Of a stretch of 64,000 nucleotides of DNA, positions 36,666 to 48,436 are shown piece after piece. A program made the position numbers and the translations under genes. The notes under the pieces were generated by a model. It saw only the letters and a list, made by a program, of their open reading frames with translations. It was not told where the DNA came from and searched no databases. The stretch's first letter is position 1. Every line of letters starts with the position of its first letter. The DNA comes from Pseudovirgaria hyperparasitica (lineage: Eukaryota). The DNA lies in NCBI GenBank assembly GCA_010093815.1, contig ML996577.1. The stretch is one strand, 5' to 3'.

Positions 36666-39600
36666 TTAGGAGGTAGTTTTGTCGTCATCATCTTCGTAAT
36701 CCGGCAGTGACGAAGCATCATCTTGGGAATTTCGGTGGGTCTCTATATCCGGGCCCTTATTGGAAACTGAGGTGCTTGAGAAAGAAGGAAAGAAATCGCC
36801 ATTGATAGAGACGGGTGGTTTATCCGCCGCTTTGGTCGATTGTTGTTCCTCGGAAGTAACTCCTGTTGTTTGCAGGCCAGTCTTGAATTGGGGCAATGAC
36901 GTACTGCCGAATGTGAATGTTGAAGGGGCAGATCCGTCCATGAAACTCACGAACGTATTTGGTTTGTCTGTCTGCTGTGCAGATTGCTCTTGCTCAGAGA
37001 CCCCGACGTTGGTGCGTTTCTCAGAGCTAGCGCCAGTCCCTGGACGAGTCGCTCTATGCTTCTTCGGCTTGATTGGTCGCGCTGGAGGATTGTTTCCGCC
37101 TGTATAATTCAGACAGATGGGATTCTGCTCAACATTGATGTTCAAGCGCTCTTGTTGCTTCTCAAGAGCTTCTCTTGCAGCTTTCTTTTGAGATTCAAGT
37201 TCTGCCTCCAAATCTCGGGCTCTCCTTGCATCATCCTCCTGTGTAAGGACGTCAAATATTTCGTTCTCCAGATCCCTGATGATCTCGAAAGTATATCCAA
37301 ATTCATCTAGCTTTCGTTCGAAATTATCCAAGGCTATGCAAAGTTGCTCTGGGTCAGTGAATTCCATCCGGGGGGCTCTGTCTTCAAGATTGACGATGGT
37401 TGTTTTTAGACGCTTGAACATTCTAGTAACCTTGCGAGATAGCTCTCCGGAGTCCTGTGCGTATTCTATCCCTTGTCCATGACGTCCAACGAATCTCTTC
37501 GATACCGTAGTTGCTAGATGCACAAAAGCCAAGCGTCGAGTCACCTTCTCAATGTCTGCCGTGCCAAGTTGTATGATCTTAAGGTCCATCTCGTGCCTAC
37601 ATTCGCTCAAAGTAGTAAGGACGTAGTTCAACTCTGTGGCATCCTCCCTGCCAGGTATCACACGAGTGACCATATCCCGTGCTCTCGTAATGCTAGCGCG
37701 TAGCTCGTCCAGTTCAGGCTTGTGTAGCTGCTCGAATGGCTCGAATATTGCGTGAAAGTGCATACGGAAGAAATCTTCTATCAAGGTTACGAGGCAGACT
37801 GACCTCTTGTCGTCCGAGATGCGCGCTTTTGTCCGAAATTTAACATTACTTTCATACCACTTGGTTTTCGAGTACCACTTTGCTCCTCCTCGAAATATTT
37901 CTTCCTCAGGCCAGTCGGCAGACCATGTCCAGCTATTGGTTTGGTCATGCACTCCCGGCGGTGGCTGAATATCCAGCTCTGCTGCCCAATCTTGCACCAA
38001 CTGGAGACACTCATCCATCATTTCTGCCAGCTCGGTTTGCAGAGATTTTCTTAGCTTATTTGTGATTCTGGACCTTGCTTGATGTTCAACGGTACTGGTG
38101 TATTGTGTGAGCAATTTGACTACTGCCTCAGTATAGTGCTTCATTCGTCTTCGGTATTCCTCTATGTTTGCGAGTTTGTAGATTGCCGTATCAATATAGA
38201 CGAGTCCTTGTCCAAATTCGGCTTCGAGAATGTCAACTTCTGCTCTGCTACATACGACGACCAAAGCATGAAGGACCGACTTGAAGCTCTTCAAGAGCAT
38301 ATCTCGACCATCAATAGTGTTGTTGTTCGCTGCACACATCTGAGGCCCGGAATCATTGCCGAATCCTAGCTCCTCGAATGACGATGCCGGTAGGTCTTCA
38401 TCAGTCGTTAGTTCCCGTACTCGTGTTTCTGGTAATCTGTAGTCAACCCAGGAAACCATGTTCCATGCAGGCGCCTTAACCTGATTCATGTTTGTTAATC
38501 GCCCAGAACCGCCATCCATTGCACTTGAACCTGTCGTTCTGTCCTTTTTATCGCTTAACAACTGCTTGTTCATGGAGACAGGAGTGGATGATTGAACATC
38601 TGGTAGGTCCCCAAGTCGCCCCGGCGGCTCATGCCTATCCACAATCTCACCTGTGGGTTCGACCACGAGAGGGGTTTGCTCAGCTATATGGGGATTTGCC
38701 TCAGTCTGGGAAGCGACAGATTCAATATTTAGCACGATCTGGCCATCAATACGTCCTCTCTTGGCCTCCTCAATGTCTTCTGCTCCACTCTTGTTCTCGT
38801 CATCGTCCTCATTGTCGTTCTTGTCCGACCCCTTCACCGTCTCTTGGCCTTCGTACACTGCTTCTTCGACTCTCTCCTCAATCTCTTCGCAGGCCTCCTC
38901 TTCGTGCTCTATCGCTTTCTCCGGTGAGTTGATATGCTCTTGCAATACATCCTCCCGCGATGCCCAACAGCGAACTTTCGCGATCATGCCTTCGAAATCG
39001 GGCTTAAGAATTACTTCGAGTGTACAAGGGGACGTACTATCCATAATCGCTTGGCCGGGGGTCGCGATTGGACTGTTCGAGGACGAGGCTTGGCCGTCCG
39101 AAAGTCTGGGATTCTCAACTTCGAGTTGGGTCTCTTTGACGTGTCCTTGGGTTTCTATAGCGTTGGACTGAGAGTCCTCGGCCCATGACTGTACTTCTTC
39201 GACTTGAGGCTGTGCGCTTTCGCCTTGAGCCTGACCTGCTGCGACTTGCGGCTGCATTGTCTGCAAGTTCAGTTGTGACTCCTCGACCAGAGGCCGTATC
39301 CGTTGTTGATGTGTATCACCAAATCCCTCCGAATTCTCAGGGCTTCTCGACTCTCTCAAAACCCCTTTCCGACTGCGCTTGAGCCACTTCTGCAACCTTC
39401 TTCTCCGTTGCGTCTTAGCTATTTCCTCCTGACCACCTTCATTCTGGCCGCTGTTCGCCGAGGAAGCGCGTGTAGATGGATCTTTCACGCAGGTGTGGGA
39501 TCCCGTGGTGGTAGAGACAGGCTTGTTTGTAAAAGCATGATCTGAGACTGGGTCTGCTCGTTTATGCGTGTGCACAAGAGCCGACCATTTATGTTTGATG

Positions 39601-39674
39601 GCACTGCGGATGCTACGGTGCGTTGTGGATGAAATCGCGGGACGGTCACGGTCTTTTTTTCGGGAGAAAGCCAT
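36666..39674 (-). CDS. Hypothetical ~1000-aa protein (acidic disordered N-half, helical/coiled-coil C-half)
   Basis: 3-kb uninterrupted ORF; ATG at 39674 (MAFSRKK); no family recognised. Confidence 0.75.
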   Translation of the reverse strand: MAFSRKKDRDRPAISSTTHRSIRSAIKHKWSALVHTHKRADPVSDHAFTNKPVSTTTGSHTCVKDPSTRASSANSGQNEGGQEEIAKTQRRRRLQKWLKRSRKGVLRESRSPENSEGFGDTHQQRIRPLVEESQLNLQTMQPQVAAGQAQGESAQPQVEEVQSWAEDSQSNAIETQGHVKETQLEVENPRLSDGQASSSNSPIATPGQAIMDSTSPCTLEVILKPDFEGMIAKVRCWASREDVLQEHINSPEKAIEHEEEACEEIEERVEEAVYEGQETVKGSDKNDNEDDDENKSGAEDIEEAKRGRIDGQIVLNIESVASQTEANPHIAEQTPLVVEPTGEIVDRHEPPGRLGDLPDVQSSTPVSMNKQLLSDKKDRTTGSSAMDGGSGRLTNMNQVKAPAWNMVSWVDYRLPETRVRELTTDEDLPASSFEELGFGNDSGPQMCAANNNTIDGRDMLLKSFKSVLHALVVVCSRAEVDILEAEFGQGLVYIDTAIYKLANIEEYRRRMKHYTEAVVKLLTQYTSTVEHQARSRITNKLRKSLQTELAEMMDECLQLVQDWAAELDIQPPPGVHDQTNSWTWSADWPEEEIFRGGAKWYSKTKWYESNVKFRTKARISDDKRSVCLVTLIEDFFRMHFHAIFEPFEQLHKPELDELRASITRARDMVTRVIPGREDATELNYVLTTLSECRHEMDLKIIQLGTADIEKVTRRLAFVHLATTVSKRFVGRHGQGIEYAQDSGELSRKVTRMFKRLKTTIVNLEDRAPRMEFTDPEQLCIALDNFERKLDEFGYTFEIIRDLENEIFDVLTQEDDARRARDLEAELESQKKAAREALEKQQERLNINVEQNPICLNYTGGNNPPARPIKPKKHRATRPGTGASSEKRTNVGVSEQEQSAQQTDKPNTFVSFMDGSAPSTFTFGSTSLPQFKTGLQTTGVTSEEQQSTKAADKPPVSINGDFFPSFSSTSVSNKGPDIETHRNSQDDASSLPDYEDDDDKTTS

Positions 39675-40129
39675 GATGATGCTATGATGTATGTGATGTA
39701 CTGAAATTTGCAAGGCTGGCTTAAGTGTTCACTGGTGACTCGTGTCAGGGATAGAACTGATGTTGCAGCTGATGCATGGCTCGGGATATGCTAGGGCTTA
39801 CACTGGTTTACTGCGAGAGCATTTGGAGATGCTTGTGGGTGGGATAGAGAGAGTGGACAGTTCATAGGAAGATAAAGGATTTGGTGTTGAGAACAGACTG
39901 TGGAAAGTAAGTGGAAATGTTGCTATAAGTAAAAATTGCATTACAAAGCGATTGTACGATGTGTTTGGGGCGTTTGCTGATCACAGAGTGCACAGTCCCT
40001 ATCCCAAGTGAACGACGTTGACAGCAGAACCTTGATAGTATTGTGAGGAGTGAACAGAGACAGAACAAAGAAACTCGCGCAGTCAAGGCTGTGTCTCAAC
40101 CCGAGAACAATGGTTGTTCGTTCGGGCAT

Positions 40130-41533
40130 TTATTCATCTGTATCCTCGTCTGTTCCAGGCCACATAATGTCTTTCTTGATGTATGCACTGATATTGTGGT
40201 AGAAAACGAAGATCCAGACACAGACAAGTATGCCACTCAGACCACTGCCCATCCACTTCACAATCTCACTACCTAACTCTTCCCCAATGTTGATTGTAGC
40301 AATCACAAACCCGGTATTAGGAAAAACCATTGCCCACCAGCCCAGCGTAAACCTTCTCGGTGGTCTAAGAACGACCAAACTGAATGCGAGGCACACCAAC
40401 CAAAAAGAGGGAAGCCAGAGAAAGATTGCCTGAACGAATGAAGTGAATTTTACGGTCGAAACTTCGACGATATTACCACGGAGAGAGAGGGGAGTTGCGG
40501 TCGGTACAGCGTCAGCCATCCGGATGAGAGCTGAAGCAGTAAACGATAGAGGTGCACCACTGATGAACATTTCCGGGCGGTGATCGCGTCCAGGCAGGCC
40601 CGCTTGCATGAGTCGCCCAATAAGCTGGCCATACATGAATATTGCAACCCAAAAACCTAGACCTTGAGCAGCAAGACCAACTATTAACAGTGGTGCCCTG
40701 GATATTTCCTCGATATCTGGCCCGATCACGCCAGCGACGGTTCCGGTTAGCATGATTGGAAACATAGGAAGCATCCAGGATGGGGTCATCTTCGCAAGCG
40801 GATATGTGTGTGCGGCGAATAGGAATGTGTATTGACTGATAGCCATGAGAAAAGAGCAAATGAAGTATGAGTAGAAAAGGATTTCGACTGTACGAACGAG
40901 CTCATCCTTAGTTGACTCGCTAGCAAGGTGGATTATGTAGGTGCGAGTGCCAGTAAGAAGGGAGGCGGTGCTGAGGAGGCACGTTGGCACGAACAGACCT
41001 TCACGATGATGCGAGATGGATCGCTTCATGGTGGATGGAAACATTATAAAGCGTGCGAGCATGACTGTACATGCGGAGAGGAAGAGGAAGGCCGTGAGGC
41101 AGTAAAACGCAAGTCCCGTCTCGAAGAGGCCTGGAAATATGTGTGGCTGCATTTCCAAAATTATTGCGATGCCTCCAGTGGACATAGGAAGGCTGAACCA
41201 AGCCCATGTAAAATGTCGAATGCGTTCTTTGAGACTGACGCTGGACTTAGCAGACTTGTTGATAGGCTTTTCGATGCCCAGTACTGCATTTTCGTCATAG
41301 GCTGCGTTTGGTACTGTTCCGGTCTCTCTGGACAATGGCTTTAGAGACTGCTCCAGAAGTTCGTACGTGCTTTCTCCTGATTTTTGTTGTCCAAAGGCTG
41401 CTGCCACGGAAGGAACCAGTGGTATTCTTGGAGGCTGCCTGGGGTTGTTTTCGACCGATGGGTATAGCCTATACTGAGTTGGCTTCCTCTCGACGTCAAG
41501 GAGGTATGGCCGAGGGCGATAGCCATGCGTCAT
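40130..41533 (-). CDS. TDT/SLAC1-family C4-dicarboxylate (malic acid) transporter, Mae1-like
   Basis: RIRHFTWAWF..MSTGG, EGLF.P, P.WMLP.FP.ML.G, F.LGWWAMVFPNTGF, MWPG.DED motifs; start codon uncertain. Confidence 0.88.
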   Translation of the reverse strand: MTHGYRPRPYLLDVERKPTQYRLYPSVENNPRQPPRIPLVPSVAAAFGQQKSGESTYELLEQSLKPLSRETGTVPNAAYDENAVLGIEKPINKSAKSSVSLKERIRHFTWAWFSLPMSTGGIAIILEMQPHIFPGLFETGLAFYCLTAFLFLSACTVMLARFIMFPSTMKRSISHHREGLFVPTCLLSTASLLTGTRTYIIHLASESTKDELVRTVEILFYSYFICSFLMAISQYTFLFAAHTYPLAKMTPSWMLPMFPIMLTGTVAGVIGPDIEEISRAPLLIVGLAAQGLGFWVAIFMYGQLIGRLMQAGLPGRDHRPEMFISGAPLSFTASALIRMADAVPTATPLSLRGNIVEVSTVKFTSFVQAIFLWLPSFWLVCLAFSLVVLRPPRRFTLGWWAMVFPNTGFVIATINIGEELGSEIVKWMGSGLSGILVCVWIFVFYHNISAYIKKDIMWPGTDEDTDE

Positions 41534-43138
41534 GCTATGAGCAACCGAGAAGTATCGAATCGAAGGTAGGGACAACGTTCTTCATGCAGATGGAATGTCG
41601 CGTTCAATTGGTAGGTAATTGTAGGAGTAGGTACAAGGAAGTCAGAGAAACCATAGGTGAGTAGAATCACAATGGCTGAGAGTATCTTATTTGACTATGC
41701 ACAGGAGAGTCAGATGGACTGGATGGAAGTTGTGGCAAACGCCTTGGGTAGCGACACAAGGATACAAGGGCGAGGTAGATTAAGTTATGATTCGTGTCCA
41801 GTACAGATACAGCGCGAAATTTCCAAAGAGTAGGAGGACAGAAGAGTGCAAGAGCTTCGTTTGGACCGGCAGCAAGCGAGTCATTGGATGTTACCAGATA
41901 ACCAGACAATTACTCGACGTCATAGCTCGAGGAGAAGAAAACCTATATCACTAGGTAGCGGCGTTGGATTAAGGTTGATACATACTCGTGGCTGCCAGGA
42001 TGTCACTACGGAACGGAGCCTGCACTGGATGATGCCTGATGGTGTCTCAGCAAGCGTTTGTTAACGTACGAAGCGTTTCAAGCATGCCGAAAGACTCCAA
42101 GGCGTGGAATCTAGTATTAGGGAGACCCATCCATGTTTCAATGTATGATGCCGTCTTGATGGTGAGGACGTCTCAATGGGGGGTCGTGCACTTTCCCTCT
42201 CCCTGTGTAGTTTTTGCCATGCTTAGTGACTGAGTGTTACCGTTAAAGCGTCACAGAGAATAGACTTAAGCCAGAGAGAACGATGCAACAATGGATAGTG
42301 TGCTTTGTCACTCTGTGGACTGGTTACTGGTCTTGCCATAGTCGTGTGCTATTCGCAGAGTGCTGTCTGGAACAATGCTATCGCAAATCACTACCAAACA
42401 TCTCGGAGAATGGTAACGGACCGGAACAGATAATTAAGCTGGGCACCAATAAAGCTGAATAACTTGGGCGAGGCTGATCTTCAGGGTCTGCAGGATGGCC
42501 GATTGGAGGAGAAGGGCTGGTAAGGTTCGTGTGGACAAGTGAGGTGTCGTGAAACGACCAAAATAAGACATTGACTTTCGGCCTAAACACGTGACTCAAC
42601 CAAACCTAATGATCCGATGTATCATGATGTATGCAGGTTCAATTTCTATTTTTAGTCTGGTCTCTAAAGTTCTAGAAGGTTGACTGTTTTACACTACTGC
42701 TGCCTATACTATACAAAATTGCGAACATATGTGACTTGACCAGTATGTCCTGTGTTTTGTTTCAAAGAAATGCACGCGGAAGGAAGAATTAGAAGTTTTA
42801 CTACAGCATCTTCTCTTGCCTTCCTTAGGATTACAACGACGTCCCAAAGGACGACGAGCATGAGAAGTTTCGAGACTTCTTGGGTATCTGATGTATTTAC
42901 ATATGTACGTGATCTTCTGCGCTACAGATCGACCATGGTCTGCTCTCCTAGAAGCATATTTTGGGCCATTCTCTGGATGGCCAGCATGTTCTAGGAGGTA
43001 ACGAGATTGTGATCTCTATACGGGCGGGAATGATACCAATCGCGAATTGGGACCCGAGGATTAGCAAGAAGTTGAGGCCAGACTTTCTCGGTGATTTTGC
43101 TGGCTCTCTAATATGGCTTGTGTAGTATTCGATGGGTA

Positions 43139-44701
43139 TCAACGAAAACGATGCTCAGAACGCCCCCCGATATTTCTCTCTTTCCTTTTTCGGGAAGTCT
43201 CAGATCCGATTTCAGACTGCTCGCCGTCGGCCTCGTCATAGTCCTTTTCAAGCGCTGGTTTCCGTTCGTTATACCGATCTATTAGAGCTTCGATAACATC
43301 CATGGGCAAGTTCTTGAAATTGTCGCTCACTGAGGGACAGCCTTCCATCAACCTTAGGTTCTCCACCGCTCTCTCCTTGAGCATCCTTATGACATTTGCA
43401 TCGTTCTTATTCTCGTGGTATTTACCTTCGATATTGTCAAGCGAGGGATAGAGCTTGTTGTTCCCATTACCCTCTCCATAAAAAGCTTTGGCGTAAGGAA
43501 CATATTCTGGGAGCTCATTGCTCAGCGTAGCATCTACGCACACAGCAGTTTCGTGGCACCAGGTACGTGCTACGTTCCGTGGTGTATATCCACCACCACC
43601 AAGGATCATCAACGGAAGATTATACCTCTTCACAAACTCGACACAAGCACCATGGGACTTGATATTGAGGTTGAACTTCCCCAGTCTGTCCCCACCCAAG
43701 GAATCAGCACCACATTGGAGAACGATTGCTGTAGGTTGGTATCTCTGGATTGTTTCGGCTGTCACATATTCAAAGAGGTCTTTATATTGATCGTCTTCTA
43801 TCCCATCGTCGATCGGGATGTTGAGTGCATGTGCCGTGCCAGGGTTGCCTCTGTAAGTGGGACCGGTCTCGTGGATGTCCCCTGTGCCAGGGAAGAACGA
43901 GTCGCCAAATTTATGGAATGAAAGAGTGAAGACTCGAGGGGTCGAGAAGAATGCTTGTTCAACGCCATCACCATGATGAACATCAATATCGATGTACAGA
44001 ACACGTTGATGATACTTTAGCATGTGATGGATTGCCAGGACGATGTCGTTGATGTAGCAGAAGCCAGAAGCTGCATTCTTCTTGGCGTGGTGAAGACCGC
44101 CAGACCAGTTGATGGCAATATCAGAAGTTTGATTACAGAGATGTCGCGCGGCTTCCATGGTCGCGCCTGTGTATATAGTGACGTAGTCCCAGAGGCCGTC
44201 GAATACTGGGCAGTCGTTGTATTCGCCGCCGAAGCCGAAAGTTTCCAAATCTTCCCGATTTTCGTCTGCTTCTTTAGTATCTACCCTTATACTGTTTCAA
44301 GTCAGTGTACCGGCTTACAAAATGTCTGGGGGTACATACCGTTTCAAGAAATTGAGATAAGGCCGCCCATGAAACGCATTCAAATCGTCTAGCGTGGCCT
44401 GTGGCGACTCATAAAGGTCCATCGCATTGTGAAGCCCATAAGCCAGTATTAGTTGCTTCGTCAACGTCAATCTCCAAGGTTTCATTGGATGTGATCTGCC
44501 GAAATGATGATATTCTACTCGAGCGTTGTAGTGGAAGGAAACATTATGTCCCTTGGGACGTTCGATACCATTTTCCTCTGTAGTTCTGTCGAATATGGAA
44601 TTCTTTTCTGCGTCGCTCAGTTTGGTCCACTGCAGGGGTAATTCCGCAGCTTCTTCCTGTGACACCCATTCTTTGACGATATCGTTGGCCCTGAAAGCCA
44701 T
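43139..44701 (-). CDS. HOS2: Class I histone deacetylase Hos2; intron ~44292-44339
   Basis: HFG.SHPMKPWRLTLTKQL (Hos2-type), DCPVFDG, NWSGGLHHAKK..ASGFCY, YIDIDVHHGDGV, GGGGYTPRNVAR. Confidence 0.93.
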
Positions 44702-45201
44702 GGCTTCCTTGGTGCAAACTTTCTGCGAGTTGTCGACTATCGGCGCGTCGTAAGGACGCGAGCAGGCCTCTTTAGATACAACATCCGCGCAAACTGAGAG
44801 TAAATAATGTCGGATGTCAGTATGTGCGAGGAGGAAGGCGATAGAGAGATGTTTGAGGTTGGGTGTACTGCAATCGCGAAAGCACGTGATGGCACGCCCG
44901 ACGATCTGTACCTACCTCTATAAGTGGGGCAACTGTCAGCCTTACAGACCTTGGGGAGCAGACACGGTACCGACGTAACTTCATGCTGCTGAGATTGCGT
45001 CCGTCCACCATTCACCCTTCGCATGAGCGGCCATGACACTTATCACCGAAGGATTATTCATCTTTCTCCTCTCTCTGGCGCGCACGTAGCCTTCACTATA
45101 CTGCCCGCTGGTCTTCGACTCTTCCCAAGCTCTGTCCCACACTCGGCGACCCAAATCAAAAGTGCGATCGAGTAGAAGAGGTCACGGCATCCGCGTAGGC
45201 C

Positions 45202-46670
45202 ATGGCTGTGCCAGATGACCCTGCTGCTGTCTTGGAGCACTTCATCAACGATGTGGCAAATCTGCCCGCGGAGATAGCACATCTATACGAAGAGATGGAG
45301 GCAAAGGAGCAACTGATAGCGGAGTGCAAAGCTACTATCGCGTCGCGTGATGCCAGTCTCCAAAAGTTCATCAAGCTTAACGGCTGCATACCCACGAATC
45401 CGAAAGAAGAGCTGTATGAAAAGGTGATCATGGAGTCATATGCCAAGGCTGAGGTCTTGATGCGCGAGAGACAAAAGCTAGCAGAGAAAGCAGAACATCT
45501 GGTATCGTACTTGAAACCTCACACGAAGAACGGACTGATAAAAGTGTAGTTGAACCGCCATGTCAAGAAGCTGGACACATACTATCGAAACATGCAAAAT
45601 GAAGGTTCCGTAACCCTCGATCCAAACCTCCCATCGCTGCTACGTGACTCTCCGAACTATACAGGCGGGGCCGACTCGTCGCTGTCAACCGGGGTCAATA
45701 CACCCCTGAACCAGCTATCTGGAAATACTAGTGGAGGTGCAATAAATGCAGCACACCAGGCAATAATGTCACGGATTGCAGCTACCGCGAGCGCACGAGG
45801 GAATTCTCCTGCTGTAGCCACGACTCCACAGGCTCACCCAGTCGGGGGGCAGCCGGCACAAGCTGTTGCAGCAGTAAATCGCAGCGTACGAGAATTGTCG
45901 GTCAGTAGTGATACGAAGCGTCGCCGTCCACACGGCAGTCTGGGCGCACTTCCACCGCCAAGTTCCAACCTTGCACGGCAATCATCACTCGGGCCAGGAA
46001 CGCCTAAAGTCAACACGCCAGGTAGTCGTCAAGGGAGCGCAGGACCTCGACCGGCGAAGAAAGGCGTGATCCGAAAGGTACCACCAGGACAACAGCTCAG
46101 AAAAAAGATGCACAGTGGTGGTATCCGAGCTGGCAACATGTCACAAAAGAAAGCACGAACTAAAGTGCCCGGGGTGAATCGAGCTTCTCCTTCTACCACG
46201 GCGGATGACGAGAGTGTGCTGAGTGGCGAACAGACAGATGACGAAAATGCTTCGGCGGGAGGCCCAGATGAACATGGTGCCGAAGAGATGGAAGCAGACG
46301 ATGAGGACACGACGAAGTACTGCATATGTCATAAAGTCAGCCATGGCGACATGGTTGGTAGGTACAAGGTGGACTGATTGAAATGGATTATGCTAACAGG
46401 ACGGCAGCCTGTGACAACGACACGTGTCCGTATCAATGGTTCCAGTCAGTATTCGCATGATGCAGTAGAGAACGTGAACTAACGCAGCTTGACAAAGTTG
46501 GGGATGCGTTGGAATTACAGAGGAGCCTGCAGGTAAGTGTCGGTTTGTCTAGCTCTGGCTCGTCGCCTTGATATGCAATACATGGACTGACTGTCTCAGG
46601 CGAGTGGTATTGCCCGTCGTGCAGTGAAACGATGGGACCGAAGGACAAGAAAAAGACGAAGAAGAAGTAG
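45202..46670 (+). CDS. YNG2: ING-family PHD finger protein (Yng2-like); exons 45202-45501, 45550-46357, 46408-46444, 46498-46532, 46600-46670
   Basis: ING N-terminus DPAAVLEHFINDVANLPAEIAH; spliced PHD finger YCIC..[31 protein letters not shown]. Confidence 0.88.
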
Positions 46671-47196
46671 GAAGTGGCCATGGGCTTGAGGATGATACAT
46701 GAGATACCCCTTTGACTAACGGTCTTAAATTTTGATAGATAAAACTGGATAGACAACTAAAGCTGGATTGCAGTGACCTCGACACATGGTGTCATCGATG
46801 CCGTGAGCAATGTCTGGTCAGTTGCCATGTATGGAGACATTAAGCCACGTTCATGCAGGGGACGGCGGGTATGTATATGCAAGTTGAGTAGGCGAGAGAG
46901 TGATGCGCAGATCAGGAACGGGGATTGGCACGTCATTTCGACGGAGTATAAACCATCAGCTGTGCTGTGAGATGAGATGACGGCGGAAATAGCAAAGGCA
47001 TTCATTGCTCAAATCAACCAGCCTTGCACCAAGAAGGATTGAGGAGATGGTAGTAATAGTAGTAGTGAGGGAGTACCTGTACCTACGCACACCTCAGTGT
47101 TGATGAGCATGACAGAGCCGCTGCCGTTCTTCCTGACGAGTCTGTACGCGTTCCACGGCCGACTTCTACACGTGATGTGAGGAAGATTAAGAATGA

Positions 47197-47232
47197 GAAG
47201 AAGAAGAAGAAGAAGAAGAAGAAGAAGAAGAA
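47197..47232 (+). repeat. (GAA)12 microsatellite, intergenic
   Basis: Perfect GAA run. Confidence 0.95.
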
Positions 47233-47793
47233 GACGAAGACATCGTCAACCAGCTACCATTCGTTGATCTCAGCGACCCGTGGAATCAGCATGTCTATGC
47301 AATGTGCATGTGCAAGGATGATTTGGAAGAAAGCATTGTTGCGGAAAATAAAGGCGATGTAATGATATTCACGCACTGCAGAAGGAAAGGCTCCTAAATC
47401 AACACGAACTATTTATCATATATGTAATTAGCAAGCCCATCTCAATGTAACGGTGAGTTTTGCAAGTTTGTGTTTAATGAGACGATGAAGAGGGGTCAGC
47501 AAAAGGTTTGATAATGAGGCGAGTGAATAAGTGAGAGTGTTGAGTGTTGATCCATTGACGCGGCCGATCGATCGAGCGAGCGATTTAGCCCCCGCGCTTC
47601 CTGGCGTTCTGGCTGGTCGAGCGGGCGGAGACTGGAAACACTGGCGGCCTCTTGGGGAAGAATCAAACTTTCATTCTGCACAAGCGACCGCGCAACCTTA
47701 GATTGATGATAGATAGACTGATAGATATATATTATTGGGCCTTGATGCCAACTAAATTCCCGGCGCGTTCGTGAGCAGGTTAGGCCAGAGCTG

Positions 47794-47828
47794 ACACACA
47801 CACGCACACACGCACACACGCACACACA
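47794..47828 (+). repeat. Imperfect (CA)n microsatellite
   Basis: acacacacacgcacacacgcacacacgcacacaca. Confidence 0.9.
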
Positions 47829-48436
47829 AACCCTAACCCAACTGCCTACTGAGGTGTAGTTTAATACAAAGCCACTCATCACCGACCGACCGAAAGGGGT
47901 CCCGCTCTCACCAGCTTGTACCTAATTATCTTCTCCCTCACACGCTCTCTTTTCTCTCTCACCGTCATTCTTCATCTTCTTCTCTTCTGCTTTTGTCGCT
48001 CTTTTGCTCGCGCACCGCTGTTATCGTCCGAAACTTCTTCTTCGATTCTGCACCCACACTCCTTTGACTCTGACTCTTTCTCTCTCTCTCGCTCTACTTG
48101 TTGCAGCCTGTCTGGCTTTCCCGCCTGCTGCCCTCCTTGACTCCTCCTGCCTCAGCCAGCCCCGTCCATTCCAGCACGCTACGGCAACCGCGCGCGATTT
48201 GTCTGATCACGAACAAACTCATTTCTCACTCCTGACAACATTTGTCTCACTCTCACTTCCTGTGCGCGAATACGTCCAAAAGTCGCCTGCAACGCTCCTT
48301 GTTCCGCGATTCCTCCATAGCGTCTCCTCTCCTGTCTTACCTGGGAGCCAAGACCTTGCCGGACCCTTGCAAGCGCGCTCCTGGTGTCCTCGTAACAGCG
48401 TGCCCAGATTATTCTCACCTTTCCTTCCGCTGAACA

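Noticed and set aside
47177..47362. Poly-Lys ORF
   Set aside because: Translation of an intergenic GAA microsatellite
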